From an uncultured Nitrososphaeraceae archaeon (GTDB lineage: Archaea; Thermoproteota; Nitrososphaeria; Nitrososphaerales; Nitrososphaeraceae), in NCBI GenBank assembly GCA_963765895.1, contig CAVXZB010000016.1, forward strand, positions 1 to 53,271: a stretch of DNA of 53,271 nucleotides. Reading direction: 5' to 3'. A program made the position numbers and the translations under genes. The notes beneath the pieces were generated by a model, which did not search any database, was not told where the DNA came from, and worked only from the letters and a program-made list of their open reading frames with translations. Position 1 is the stretch's first letter, and every line of letters starts with the position of its first letter. This document shows, in pieces, positions 33,571-44,231 of this stretch.

Positions 33571-34233
33571 CATTACAAATCTTTCCAGATACCAGCACTA
33601 TCACCTTGCTTCGATCATAATAAAGTGGAAATGCCTAATCACAATACCTCCAGTAAATGAAGATCAAATCTCGCTCCTTTTGATGAAATAAGCAAAATTG
33701 TAGATAGTGGAAACAGTACAGATATTTTTCGGTGTAGTAGCATATTCTAGTTGGTTGCGTAATGAAAAAATATCTACACATTATAATATATCCAAGATAG
33801 TCAATATAGTTATCCTCTTCATATGATCCTTCTAAATTTTTGAGTAGCGTTGCTAATGACAGTAACTGTAATAATTAGCATGCTCTAAGAAACAAACTGT
33901 TTTTTCAATCATATCGAATATGATAGCCTTGATACTAAATCCACAGGATTGGAGGCTTTTTAACATTCCTGGAGTACCTGCTGCAACCTTTTGCAATTCA
34001 CCTAGGTTATTGCTTTTCAATCAAAACATGGAAGTGTATTAATTTTTGCTCAGATTATATAATTGTCCCACATCAATGGAATAAGATATTATTAATGGTA
34101 GCGAATACAATCAGGTTTTCGAAGAGAACAGAGTTATCTGATAAAAGTACAGATTCAGACAATTTTTCACACAATACTATATAATAATAATGATAATAAT
34201 AATATATCGTAATCCTCATGATATTTATCAGAT

Positions 34234-34809
34234 ATGTATTCGAATTCTTATTTATCACTAAATGTTGAAAGTATTGCTGAAAAAAACTATGTAACTCTAT
34301 CTGAAGATACTCTTGTTGGTGAAGCAGCAAAAGTAATGAAAGATAAAGATGTTTTGAGTGTTCTGGTTACTAGCAAAAATTCAAATGAGCCCATTGGAAT
34401 TCTAACTGAAAGAGACATGTTATATCGTGTACTTGCCAAAAATAAAGGCCCTTTCAAGGTTACGTTGAAAAAGATAATGAGTTCTCCACTTATTACAATT
34501 GCTGAAGAAGAATCGGTTAAAAATGCAGTACTATTGATGAGGGGTAAACACATCCGGAGACTGGCTGTAAAGAATGCAGGAGGTAATATTACAGGGCTTA
34601 TAACCCTTATGTCTATAGTAGGAAATGTTCCAAGCGATAAGGTAGACCTTGCTGAAGTTGAATTGCCTATTAATACAATTGAAAGAGAGGCAACAAAAAT
34701 AATTTGTCCTTATTGTCAATCACAGTTTAAAGATAAAGCTGAAATATCAAAACATATTGATAGAATTCATATTGGTGGTGGTCTGCTTGAAGGAGATATG
34801 AGGCAATGA
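34234..34809 (+). CDS. CBS-pair protein with C-terminal C2H2 zinc finger
   Basis: GILTERD and IMSSPLITI CBS motifs; CPYC-x12-HIDRIH. Confidence 0.88.
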   Translation: MYSNSYLSLNVESIAEKNYVTLSEDTLVGEAAKVMKDKDVLSVLVTSKNSNEPIGILTERDMLYRVLAKNKGPFKVTLKKIMSSPLITIAEEESVKNAVLLMRGKHIRRLAVKNAGGNITGLITLMSIVGNVPSDKVDLAEVELPINTIEREATKIICPYCQSQFKDKAEISKHIDRIHIGGGLLEGDMRQ

Positions 34810-34989
34810 TAAAGTGCTTGCAGATTACATTATTGCACATTTTTGACTATATGGATAGATGTGATTGTGAATGAGAACAAAGCAAATCAACACAAATTAA
34901 ATTTATAATATGTGAAATCCTCCACTATCTCCACCGAAGCTAAACTCATGCTCAAAAATTAGTTAAAAAAAGCAGTCTACTCCCTCTGC

Positions 34990-35390
34990 TTCTTTCAATC
35001 AAGTTAATCTTCTCATCTTTGTGCTTTTGTTCTTTAAATGCTCCTTGATAGTCGGAAAATGACAAGAACAATCATGCTGCACTTTACACATCACTGTGCG
35101 TTTTTGATATCAGCTTCATTGCAATTGCTGCAGTAGACTGGCTTTAGTTTTTCAACTTCAGAATCTGATACATAGCCTCCCGCTTTTAGCACCGCATTAC
35201 TTCCTTGGTTATTAAACCAAGGAATGTAGCGTAGATGCATCTTTGAATTTTACTCAACCAATGTACTATCGGAATTAGTATTTATGAATCTGCTTTGCAC
35301 GTTTGGGTTACGCCTATATGGCGACGCAGGTGAGGTTAAATGGCTTTTTCAGTAACCGGCGGATATGCTGCTTATAGGACCGTGTATGCA
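34990..35390 (-). pseudogene. C-terminal relic of a second integrase family (zinc-ribbon-tailed tyrosine recombinase)
   Basis: Broken frames read RRHIGVT, SKMHLRYI and KLKPVYCSNCNE...CVKCSM followed by a coiled tail. Confidence 0.55.
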
Positions 35391-35732
35391 ACAAAGCAAA
35401 TTAAATTATAAACAAAAATATTCCCATGAAGATCGACTATATCCTATGAGCAACGTTGATGCTTCAGAAGAAAATGTAGAATCACCTTCAACTTATGGAG
35501 GTTAAGCATATACAGAATATAGAAAGAAGGAAAAGAAGCGACGGGAAAAGAAAAAGTAAATCAAAGGAATAACTACGGCATAGGAGTTGATGGTAGCCAC
35601 TATATGTACAAGTTATGCCGACGATATCTACTCTTTTATAAAGCAAGTTTTTCAAAGCTTCATAGAAAAGGCAGCTGCCCAGATTTGTTAAATATTACTA
35701 CTACTTGAAGATAGTTGAGTGTATACATAAAA

Positions 35733-37571
35733 ATGGCTGAAAATATGAAAAAACAATCAAACTATTCGTGCGATGTTTTAATTATAGGTGGCGGCTCTGC
35801 TGGACTTCGAGCTGCGATTGAAGCTCATGATGCCGGTGCTCACGTTCTTATTATTAGTAAAAGCAAAAAAGGAGATCCCCATACAACGCTTGCAAGAGGT
35901 GGTATCAATGCAGCGCTTGGCACTATGGACCCAGAAGATAACTGGATGATACATGCAGCTGATACGCTAAGAGAAGCCGAATTTCTTGCAGACTATGAAA
36001 GAGTTGAGGTACTTTGCAGGAGTGCTCCTGATGCTATAAATGAACTAGTTCATTGGGGTGCTAGGTTTCATAGAGAGAAAGACGGTAGATTAACACAGCG
36101 ATTTTTTGGAGCTCATACTTATAGAAGGACTGTATTTTACGAAGATTGGACTGGTGAGGAAATAATTCGTGTATTGATGGAGCAGGTAAATCAACGAAAA
36201 ATCGAAATCATAGATGATGTATACGTCTTAAAATTATTAAAATCAGCTGATGATGTGACTGCAGAAGGATCATCATTAGAAGGAGGAGAAGAAGTAGTCA
36301 GAGGAGCACTTGGCATTGATCTCAAAAAGAAAGAGATTGTAATGTTCAAATGCAAGTCTTTAATCCTTGCTGCTGGTGGCTATACACGAGTGTATGCAGT
36401 TAGTAGTTCTAGAATTACTGAAAACTATGGAGAAGGCGTGGCTCTTGCGTACGAAGCAGGCGTAGATTTGGTAGATATGGAGATGGTCCAGTTCCATCCT
36501 ACTGGAATGGTCTGGCCAGAGAAAGCATTGGGTACTCTAGCCACAGAAGCAATACGTGGCGAAGGAGGTATTTTGTTAAATTCAAAAGGTGAGAGGTTTA
36601 TGAAAAATTACTATCCAGAAAGAATGGAACTAGGACCACGCGACATAGTAGCTCGTGCGAATTATAATGAAATAATTGCTGGTAGAGGTACAGAACATGG
36701 TGGAGTTTGGTTGGATATAACCCATCTACCAAAGGAAGAAATTCTGGACAGGCTGCCCACAATGTATGAACAGTTCAAAAAGCTTGATGGAATTGATATA
36801 TCCAAAGAAAAAATGGAGGTTGGGCCGACTGCACATTACTCTATGGGTGGAGCCGTAGCAGATATAAAGTGTAGAACAAAGGTTAAGGGCTTATTTGCTG
36901 CTGGAGAAGTAATAAGTCAGATTCATGGTGCTAATCGTTTAGGTGGAAATAGCTTATTGGACACAGTAGTTTTCGGAAAAATTGCTGGTAGTCAAGCAGC
37001 GAGATTAGTAAATGAAGTAAAAGAAAGAGAGAAATCAGGAGAATCATCGTCACATATAATAAGGAACTTTAACAACGAAAAAAAAGAATTTGATGACATT
37101 GAAATCTTTATAGTTAAGGAACCAATTAAGTTCCGTAGCGAAATACAAGAATTAATGAAACAAAATGCAGGAATAATAAGAGAAGAGGTAAAGCTTCAAG
37201 ATGGATTGAAAAGAATTTTAGAATTAAAGAACGAGTTTTATTCCAAAGTTAATATTATAAAAGGGTTCAAAATTGATGATGACAATTGTGAAAATATTGT
37301 TTTAACCTGGCAAGTAAAATCGTCGCTGATTGCTTGCGAAGCCATTATAAGAAGTGCATTGATGAGACAAGAGAGTAGAGGAGCTCACTACCGATCTGAT
37401 TTTCCAAAGCTTAATGACGAAAAATGGAAGGTAAATATCTATTGCAGGAAGGAAGGAGGAGGAGCAACAGAAATGGCATTGTTTAAACAGAATGTTAAAG
37501 AAATCAAAGGACCGTTGGCAGATTTGCTTATAGCGCACGTCAAACCAGAACCCCATCGTGAATTCGAATAA
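35733..37571 (+). CDS. stand-alone succinate dehydrogenase / fumarate reductase flavoprotein-like protein (SdhA/FrdA/NadB family)
   Basis: GGGSAG, PHTTLARGG (flavinylation His), QFHPT, TEAIRGEG, PRD, HYSMGG, HGANRLGGNSL, ESRGAHYR. Confidence 0.92.
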   Translation: MAENMKKQSNYSCDVLIIGGGSAGLRAAIEAHDAGAHVLIISKSKKGDPHTTLARGGINAALGTMDPEDNWMIHAADTLREAEFLADYERVEVLCRSAPDAINELVHWGARFHREKDGRLTQRFFGAHTYRRTVFYEDWTGEEIIRVLMEQVNQRKIEIIDDVYVLKLLKSADDVTAEGSSLEGGEEVVRGALGIDLKKKEIVMFKCKSLILAAGGYTRVYAVSSSRITENYGEGVALAYEAGVDLVDMEMVQFHPTGMVWPEKALGTLATEAIRGEGGILLNSKGERFMKNYYPERMELGPRDIVARANYNEIIAGRGTEHGGVWLDITHLPKEEILDRLPTMYEQFKKLDGIDISKEKMEVGPTAHYSMGGAVADIKCRTKVKGLFAAGEVISQIHGANRLGGNSLLDTVVFGKIAGSQAARLVNEVKEREKSGESSSHIIRNFNNEKKEFDDIEIFIVKEPIKFRSEIQELMKQNAGIIREEVKLQDGLKRILELKNEFYSKVNIIKGFKIDDDNCENIVLTWQVKSSLIACEAIIRSALMRQESRGAHYRSDFPKLNDEKWKVNIYCRKEGGGATEMALFKQNVKEIKGPLADLLIAHVKPEPHREFE

Positions 37572-37674
37572 TAATAACAATAATAATAATATACAGATCA
37601 ATGATTAATAATTCCCTCGATACACAAAGAAATAGAAAAAAATAATACGAGTACATTAATAGATATATCTTGAT

Positions 37675-38010
37675 ATGAAATGCGTAAGAGCGTGTAATAC
37701 CAATTCACTAAGCAATGGCGACCTTATTAGTTTTGACTACAATATTAATAATAACAACAATAATAACAAGAAAATCTTGATAGCCAAAGCACAAGATATA
37801 ATCTATGCAACTGATGGAATATGTACTCATGAATATGCTGATCTTTCAACAGGATTCCTAAATGAACAAGAAAAGACAGTCACTTGTCCACTTCATTTGT
37901 CTGTTTTTAGATTGGATAATGGTATACCACAGAATCCACCTGCAGAGCTACCTCTAAAAACATATAATGTTAAGGTTGAAGACAACGGAGTTTATATCTT
38001 CATAGAATGA
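37675..38010 (+). CDS. Rieske [2Fe-2S] ferredoxin
   Basis: CTH...CPLH motif; poly-Asn insertion. Confidence 0.9.
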   Translation: MKCVRACNTNSLSNGDLISFDYNINNNNNNNKKILIAKAQDIIYATDGICTHEYADLSTGFLNEQEKTVTCPLHLSVFRLDNGIPQNPPAELPLKTYNVKVEDNGVYIFIE

Positions 38011-38309
38011 ACCCAAGAAATATAATTACTACCGCATTGAAGCTATCTAAGAAAAAATAACCATTTATAGAATAATGAATTACTATAGAGTAGTGACGAC
38101 AAAAATGGGTGGTCATACTTTTCATCTTCTCCCATCTGTATCTTAAAGTGTATATGAAGAAACTTGATCCCCTTTTAGAGATACTTATTTGTGGATAATT
38201 GGTAATAATACCTGATATTCATGATCATCTGGTTAATAACAAAGGATTTGATGATAACAATAGATTGATAATAATAGACTCTGCCTACGCTACTTCTAAA
38301 GCGGATTCA

Positions 38310-38568
38310 CAAGATCTGTTCAATATCTCTATATCTGTTGTTTGCTTCGTCTTGTGTTATGTTAAATCACAGACTATGTCCATCAAATCTATCTACAAAG
38401 CTTTTTGGCAAGTAAAATCTGCTTTATCTACAAACCTTTCTCATTAATGACTGTATCTCCTACAATTAATTGAACTTCAACGTTAGCATCATTGATACCT
38501 GTTGCTTCTTTCTTTATTACATTGTCCCAGTTAATGTTTTTTCCAGCAGATCCTTCATTTGATGATAT
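38310..38568 (-). pseudogene. small PRC-barrel-like protein relic
   Basis: NINWDNVIKKEATGINDA...EKG / FYLPKSFVDRFDGHSL*FNITQDEANNRY with a stop and frameshifts. Confidence 0.6.
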
Positions 38569-38853
38569 GCTGTAAATCAGTGTTTAGATACATTGAAATC
38601 TAATAAAAACATGCACTAATGATTGGCGCACTATGTAGAAAACATCATTATATAATTAACTGAAAAATGGCAAAACCGTCTTTGAGATTTTTAGAATAGG
38701 AACTGGCAAAGATATGATATCGTCCTAAAGTTATAATGAGAAGAATTCAAATCAAGGAAGAATGCAAGAAAATAGAAATTGCATAGCATTCAGGAATACG
38801 AGAGAGAGATAAAAACTTCCTACTCTCTATAGATAAGAATTCGTTCTATACTA

Positions 38854-39339
38854 CTACTTCCATATTCCAGCAAGTTTTTCCCATTCTTCTTCGTCTTCAA
38901 CCTCATCTTCCAAAAGATCCTCAAACATTTCATGTGTAACTAAATCAGTTGTCCTGTATTTTTCTGCTAGTTTGCTATATGTTTCTATTGCACATGCTTC
39001 TGCATCAAGTACATCTTGGATTACCTGCTTGAGGTTATTTGGATCGCTAGGCGGTTGTTTATATCCACAACCTGATATTTGTAATAATTTACCAGGGTCC
39101 ATTATCGGAGTACCACCTAATTGTATTATTCTATTTGCAATTTTTTCTGCATGTCCCAATTCATCTTTAGATTGCTCAATCAGTATGTCTCTTAGAGTAT
39201 CTGCATCCATTCCTCTAATCCATCTTGCAGCTAACCAATACTGGTAATGTGCAAGCCATTCATCTGCATAGGCTTTAGTTAGATCTGCAACAACATCATC
39301 CACTTTAGCCCTTACTATTTCTCGACTTTTTCTACCCAA
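38854..39339 (-). CDS. Dps-like (DpsL) ferritin-family protein
   Basis: ADEWLAHYQY, DELGH, RIIQLGG; thioferritin Cys pair (SGC and AEACAI). Confidence 0.88.
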   Translation of the reverse strand: MGRKSREIVRAKVDDVVADLTKAYADEWLAHYQYWLAARWIRGMDADTLRDILIEQSKDELGHAEKIANRIIQLGGTPIMDPGKLLQISGCGYKQPPSDPNNLKQVIQDVLDAEACAIETYSKLAEKYRTTDLVTHEMFEDLLEDEVEDEEEWEKLAGIWK

Positions 39340-39412
39340 TTTCTTGAATCACTATTTAAAGAATAAAAATTATGTTAAATAAACATTATCAAATTAATCT
39401 GATCCCGTAAAA

Positions 39413-40129
39413 TTATACTTTTTCAATCAATCCATTAAAATTATTAATGTACTTATTCATTATTATAGCCCCGGCTGTTTTAAAGACATCAATCCACATA
39501 GGCCATGTTAGCTTCCCTGTACTAGTATTTCGCCTGCTTGGATGATAGGAAACCAATAAAGTCTTCTGACCTTCTACACGGTAGCAGGCACCATGGATAA
39601 ATGCTAATCCTTCAATTTTAAGTAGTTTGCAATATGCATCAAAGGCAACCTTCCCAAGAGTCAAAATAACTTCCGTAGTCTCTTCTAGTGCCTTTACTTC
39701 TTCCAAGAGATATTGTGAACAGTTTGATATTTCAGATGGATTTGGTTTATTTTGTGGCGGAGCACATTTTATTGCAGCAGTCATATATGCACCATTAAGT
39801 ACAAGTCCATCATTCTTAGATAAGCTAGTTGGTTTGTTTGCAAATCCAGTTTCAAACATGGCTCTTACAACCCAATCTCCAGAACTATCTCCGGTAAATA
39901 TCCTACCAGTCCTGTTTCCACCATGAGCTGCAGGTGCTAATCCAATTACAAATAACTGTGCTTTTGGATCTCCAAAGCCTGGAAGAGGCTTTGCCCAATA
40001 ATCTTCAGTAATAAATCTCCTTACTTTGATCTTCCCTACTTGCTTAATATAAGATAGCAGACGTGGACACAAACTACAACGAATAACTTTTTCACTTATC
40101 TCTTTTAATACTAGATTACTTCTATACAT
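39413..40129 (-). CDS. uracil-DNA glycosylase family 5 (UdgB type, 4Fe-4S)
   Basis: CSLCPRL, GLAPAAHGGNRTGRIFTGD, KCAPPQNKP, YHPS. Confidence 0.92.
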   Translation of the reverse strand: MYRSNLVLKEISEKVIRCSLCPRLLSYIKQVGKIKVRRFITEDYWAKPLPGFGDPKAQLFVIGLAPAAHGGNRTGRIFTGDSSGDWVVRAMFETGFANKPTSLSKNDGLVLNGAYMTAAIKCAPPQNKPNPSEISNCSQYLLEEVKALEETTEVILTLGKVAFDAYCKLLKIEGLAFIHGACYRVEGQKTLLVSYHPSRRNTSTGKLTWPMWIDVFKTAGAIIMNKYINNFNGLIEKV

Positions 40130-40345
40130 CTCTTAGATTTAGATCATTATATTACTAGATCAAGCATATTATTAATGAAATGGAAAGTAGCATGAATAAT
40201 ATGAAGTAGGTAAAATGGATATTTCTATAACACAAGTATTTTATTAGAAGCTCAATATCGCGTTAACAATAAGATGTGAAGAATATTGCGCCAGACAAAT
40301 ACTTTTTATGCATAATAAGACAATTTAACTCTGAGATATTTATCA

Positions 40346-40723
40346 TTGATAAGAATTGAAAGAATATACGATAATCCAAAAGGAAATAGCGATAGTTTTA
40401 GAATTTTAGTAGATAGACTTTGGCCTCGTGGGTTGAGTAAAGACAAGGTAAGATTCGATTTGTGGCAAAAAGAAATAGCACCAAGTAACTCATTAAGAAA
40501 ATGGTTTGGACACGATCAAAAGAAGTGGAATGAATTTAAACGAAGATATTATAAAGAATTAGACGGAAAAAAAGAGTTAGTTAATGTGATTCTTAGTAAA
40601 GTGAAAGAAGAGTCATCAACAACAACAATAACACTACTATATGGCACAAAAGAGGAGAGATTTAACAATGCAGCAGCGTTGAAAGAATATCTTGAAGAGA
40701 AAGCTAAAGAATATCCTGGCTAG
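40346..40723 (+). CDS. DUF488 (YeaO-like) protein
   Basis: RILVDRLWPRGLSK, IAPSNSLRKWFGHD, ITLLY, NNAAALKEYL. Confidence 0.92.
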   Translation: MIRIERIYDNPKGNSDSFRILVDRLWPRGLSKDKVRFDLWQKEIAPSNSLRKWFGHDQKKWNEFKRRYYKELDGKKELVNVILSKVKEESSTTTITLLYGTKEERFNNAAALKEYLEEKAKEYPG

Positions 40724-40985
40724 CTATGTTCGTTTGTTCTTCTTCACCCGTAATTGTGTGTACGTAGTAATCTTCAGCCAGTTCTTATTAGGAATTGTAT
40801 AATAAAAAAGGATCCCAGGTCTACTCGTTCAAGCTATTAAGATAAGAATAGTCAACATTATAGTGGGTGAGTCGTCATTCATAATGCTACATAAAACTGT
40901 TTTTTCATACTAGCAAGTCATTTATGACCAGAGCAACTAAACCGTGTATACTGCATGCGTATAGTCGTATTAGTAGTAAACTCAC

Positions 40986-40993
40986 TTTTATAT
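40986..40993 (+). promoter_or_regulatory. TATA box of the pyruvate oxidase gene
   Basis: TTTTATAT ending 26 bp before the ATG at 41019. Confidence 0.55.
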
Positions 40994-41018
40994 CCTATAA
41001 CGCCCTATAGTGACTGCG

Positions 41019-42809
41019 ATGAGTAACGAGTATGAAAATATGCGTACTGCGGATATTGTTGCTGAAGCCTTGCTTGATTGGAAAGTTGATGTCATTTTTG
41101 GCTTACCTGGTGATGGTATAAACGGATTTATTGAATCATTGAGAAGACGACAGGACAAAATCAAATTTATTCTGGTTAGACATGAGGAATCAGCAGCATT
41201 TATGGCTTGTGCATATGCAAAGTATACTGGAAAACTTGGTGCATGTGTTGCAACTTCAGGCCCTGGAGCTATACATCTTTTAAATGGGTTATATGATGCT
41301 AAGGCAGATAATACTCCTGTTGTCGCTATAACCGGAACCACTTACTCTGATTTAATGAATTCTAGCTATCAACAGGATGTTAATTTGCTACAGCTATATT
41401 CAGATGTGACTGTCTACAATGATATGATAAACGTTCCAGAGCAAGCAGAGATGGCAGTTGATATTGCATGTAGAACTGCACTAGCACAAAGAGGAGTAAG
41501 CCACTTAACAATCCCTATAGATGTACAAGAAAAGAAATTGAATGGCAAATATTCTAGGCATAATGTTGCTTACCATACCTCAGATGTTTATTCTGCCGAA
41601 ACAATTCCAAGTCACTCTTTAATAGAAAAGGCAGCTCAAATTCTCAATACTGGAAATAGAGTTGTCATACTCGTAGGACAAGGAGCACTTGGAGCTGGAG
41701 AAGAGGTAATCGCGATTGCAGAAAAATTAGGTGCTCCAGTTGTTAAAGCACTTTTGGGTAAAGCAGTAATTCCAGATGACAGTCCATATACTACTGGAGG
41801 TATTGGCTTACTTGGAACAACACCATCCAGCGATGCTATGAGTGAAGCAGATACGTTATTTATGATTGGAACTTCTTTTCCTTATATTGAGTATCTTCCA
41901 AAGCCAGGTCAAGCAAGGGGTATTCAAATTGATATAAAACCTGAAAAAATTGGTTTAAGATATCCTGTTGAAGTTGGCTTGGTAGGTGATTCAAAGCTAA
42001 TACTATCCGCATTGCTTCCACTCCTAATTCAAAAAGATAATCTAGAATTTCTAAAATCAAAACAACATGCAATGAAAAATTGGAATAGATTATTGGAAGA
42101 AAAAAGTACTAGAACCGATAAACCAATCAAACCACAAGTTATCGCCAAAGCAGTTTCTGATGAACTGGATGATAATGCAATAATTTCTGTAGACTGTGGG
42201 ACAAACACAAGTTGGGCTGCTCGTTACATTAACATAAGAAAAGGAATGAAATTTTCTGTGTCAGGTACACTATCAAGTATGGCTAATGGCTTGCCGTATG
42301 CTATAGCAGCACAGATTGCTTTTCCACAAAGACAGTCTATAGCGTTTGTTGGCGATGGCGGACTAACAATGCTGATGGGTGAATTTGCTACTGCTGTACA
42401 ATACAACCTTCCTATCAAAGTAATCGTTATCAAAAATAATACATTAGGCATGATTAGATGGGAGCAAATGGGATTTCTTGGAAATCCTGAATTTGGTGTT
42501 GAATTTTCTGCGATCGATTGGGTAAAGTTCGCTGAAGCTTGTGGTGGTAAGGGTTATTCTATAAAAGAACCAAATGAAGTAAAATCTAAATTACATCAAG
42601 CCATGAAAGAAGAAAGAAAACCAACTATAATTGAAGCATATGTTGATCCTTTTGAACCACCTATGCCGCCAAAGGTAGAAATGAGCTTTGTCAATAATCT
42701 AGCTGAATCATTTGCGCGAGGGCAACCATATGCTAGCAGGATAGGTTTAACTTTATTCAGAAATAAGGTCCATGAAGTGCTAAAAAATATTCACACTCAC
42801 TCTTTGTAG
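41019..42809 (+). CDS. TPP/FAD-dependent pyruvate oxidase or pyruvate:quinone oxidoreductase (Pox family)
   Basis: FGLPGDGING, RHEE, TSGPGAIHLLNGLYDAK, GTSFPY, GDGG...NN TPP motif, DPFEPPMPPK. Confidence 0.9.
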   Translation: MSNEYENMRTADIVAEALLDWKVDVIFGLPGDGINGFIESLRRRQDKIKFILVRHEESAAFMACAYAKYTGKLGACVATSGPGAIHLLNGLYDAKADNTPVVAITGTTYSDLMNSSYQQDVNLLQLYSDVTVYNDMINVPEQAEMAVDIACRTALAQRGVSHLTIPIDVQEKKLNGKYSRHNVAYHTSDVYSAETIPSHSLIEKAAQILNTGNRVVILVGQGALGAGEEVIAIAEKLGAPVVKALLGKAVIPDDSPYTTGGIGLLGTTPSSDAMSEADTLFMIGTSFPYIEYLPKPGQARGIQIDIKPEKIGLRYPVEVGLVGDSKLILSALLPLLIQKDNLEFLKSKQHAMKNWNRLLEEKSTRTDKPIKPQVIAKAVSDELDDNAIISVDCGTNTSWAARYINIRKGMKFSVSGTLSSMANGLPYAIAAQIAFPQRQSIAFVGDGGLTMLMGEFATAVQYNLPIKVIVIKNNTLGMIRWEQMGFLGNPEFGVEFSAIDWVKFAEACGGKGYSIKEPNEVKSKLHQAMKEERKPTIIEAYVDPFEPPMPPKVEMSFVNNLAESFARGQPYASRIGLTLFRNKVHEVLKNIHTHSL

Positions 42810-42998
42810 CATGATTAAGATACTAGAACACATGATAGGATTTACTTGGATAATTATAGTCTACTGTTACAAATGCTATAGTCATTCTTTTAATCTAATC
42901 GCGTAGGTACAGTTATTATGCTTGAATTTATAATTTTATTTACAAGCTCTTTATCACAGGCAATGACACAATAATTATTGTTATTATTGTTACTATTG

Positions 42999-44231
42999 CT
43001 ATTGTTGCTGATTTCTTTTCTTATCTATGTGTTTTTGAATCGCATCTCTTAGGGTTCTAGTAACTATGTGGATAATCCTGGGATCATCTACTTTGGGTAT
43101 GATGTAATCATCCTTCAGATGAGTGCTATCCACTATATCTGCAATTGCAGTTGCAACTGCTACAAGCATATCCTCGCTTAATGTTCTAATTCTAAGATCA
43201 AGTAATGCTCTCAGTACAGATGGAAATACCACTGCATTATTAACCTGATTGACAAAATCCGATCGACCAGTAGCCACGATTCTTGCTCCTGCTTTTAATG
43301 CTTCGGAAGGAAGTATTTCTGGGTCAGGATTGCTGAGTGCAAACACAACTGGATCATGTTCCATTGATTGTATCATCTCTTTAGTTAGTATATTGCTCTT
43401 TCCTGATACGCCGATAAATAAATCAGCTCCTTTAAGGACATCATCAAGGCTTCCACTCTGTTGTTCAGTGTTAGTCTTGATAGAGATCTCCTTTTTGTAT
43501 GGATTATCTAAACCACTGCCCTCAATCCTGTTTTCATATATTGCTCCTTTGCTATCTGTTACAATAATATTTTTGCATCCAGCTTCTTGCAATATTCTAA
43601 ATATACCATATCCAGCCGAACCTGCACCGGCTATTACTACTTTTATTGCATTCATTTCTTTATGAAGCAGCCTAAGAGCGTTTATCAATGCTGCAAGAGT
43701 GATTACAGCCGTACCGTGTTGATCGTCATGAAAGACTGGTATCTGAAGATCTTTGCGCAACCTTTCTATTATCTCTAGTACCTTAGGCGATTCGATATCT
43801 TCTATATTTATGGCACCAAATACCGGTTGTATTGCTTTTACAAATCTAATTATCTCCTCTTTATCTTTAATATCTATACATAATGGAAATGCGTTTATAC
43901 CTCCCAAAACTTTAAACAAAACGGATTTACCTTCCATAACAGGAATCGCACCTTCTGGGCCAATATTGCCCAGACCAAGTACCCTGGTCCCATCACACAC
44001 AATTGCAACATTATTCCATTTTGATGTGTAATCGTATATCAATTCTTTATTATTACTCACTTCTTTGGCAACGTATGCAACACCAGGAGTATAGATTAAT
44101 TCAAGGATATCATTCTTGTCTTTAGATGCACCATCACTGTCTAAAGATACTCGATTATGAATTTCAATCTTGCCTTTCAACATTCGATGAAGGTCTATGG
44201 CATCTTTCTCTAGAGAAGTCAAATTAAGCAA
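42999..44231 (-). CDS. NAD(P)-dependent malic enzyme
   Basis: YTPGVA, VLGLGNIG, PVMEGK, INIEDI, FHDDQHGTA, GAGSAG, ALSNPDPEI, ATGRSD. Confidence 0.95.
   Translation of the reverse strand: MLNLTSLEKDAIDLHRMLKGKIEIHNRVSLDSDGASKDKNDILELIYTPGVAYVAKEVSNNKELIYDYTSKWNNVAIVCDGTRVLGLGNIGPEGAIPVMEGKSVLFKVLGGINAFPLCIDIKDKEEIIRFVKAIQPVFGAINIEDIESPKVLEIIERLRKDLQIPVFHDDQHGTAVITLAALINALRLLHKEMNAIKVVIAGAGSAGYGIFRILQEAGCKNIIVTDSKGAIYENRIEGSGLDNPYKKEISIKTNTEQQSGSLDDVLKGADLFIGVSGKSNILTKEMIQSMEHDPVVFALSNPDPEILPSEALKAGARIVATGRSDFVNQVNNAVVFPSVLRALLDLRIRTLSEDMLVAVATAIADIVDSTHLKDDYIIPKVDDPRIIHIVTRTLRDAIQKHIDKKRNQQQ

Noticed and set aside
35733-37571. Assigning the symbol sdhA, frdA or nadB
   Set aside because: No partner subunits or nad genes nearby; the family is clear but the specific function is not
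38199-38447. Plus-strand 82-aa ORF
   Set aside because: Overlaps the antisense PRC-like relic and has no recognisable features
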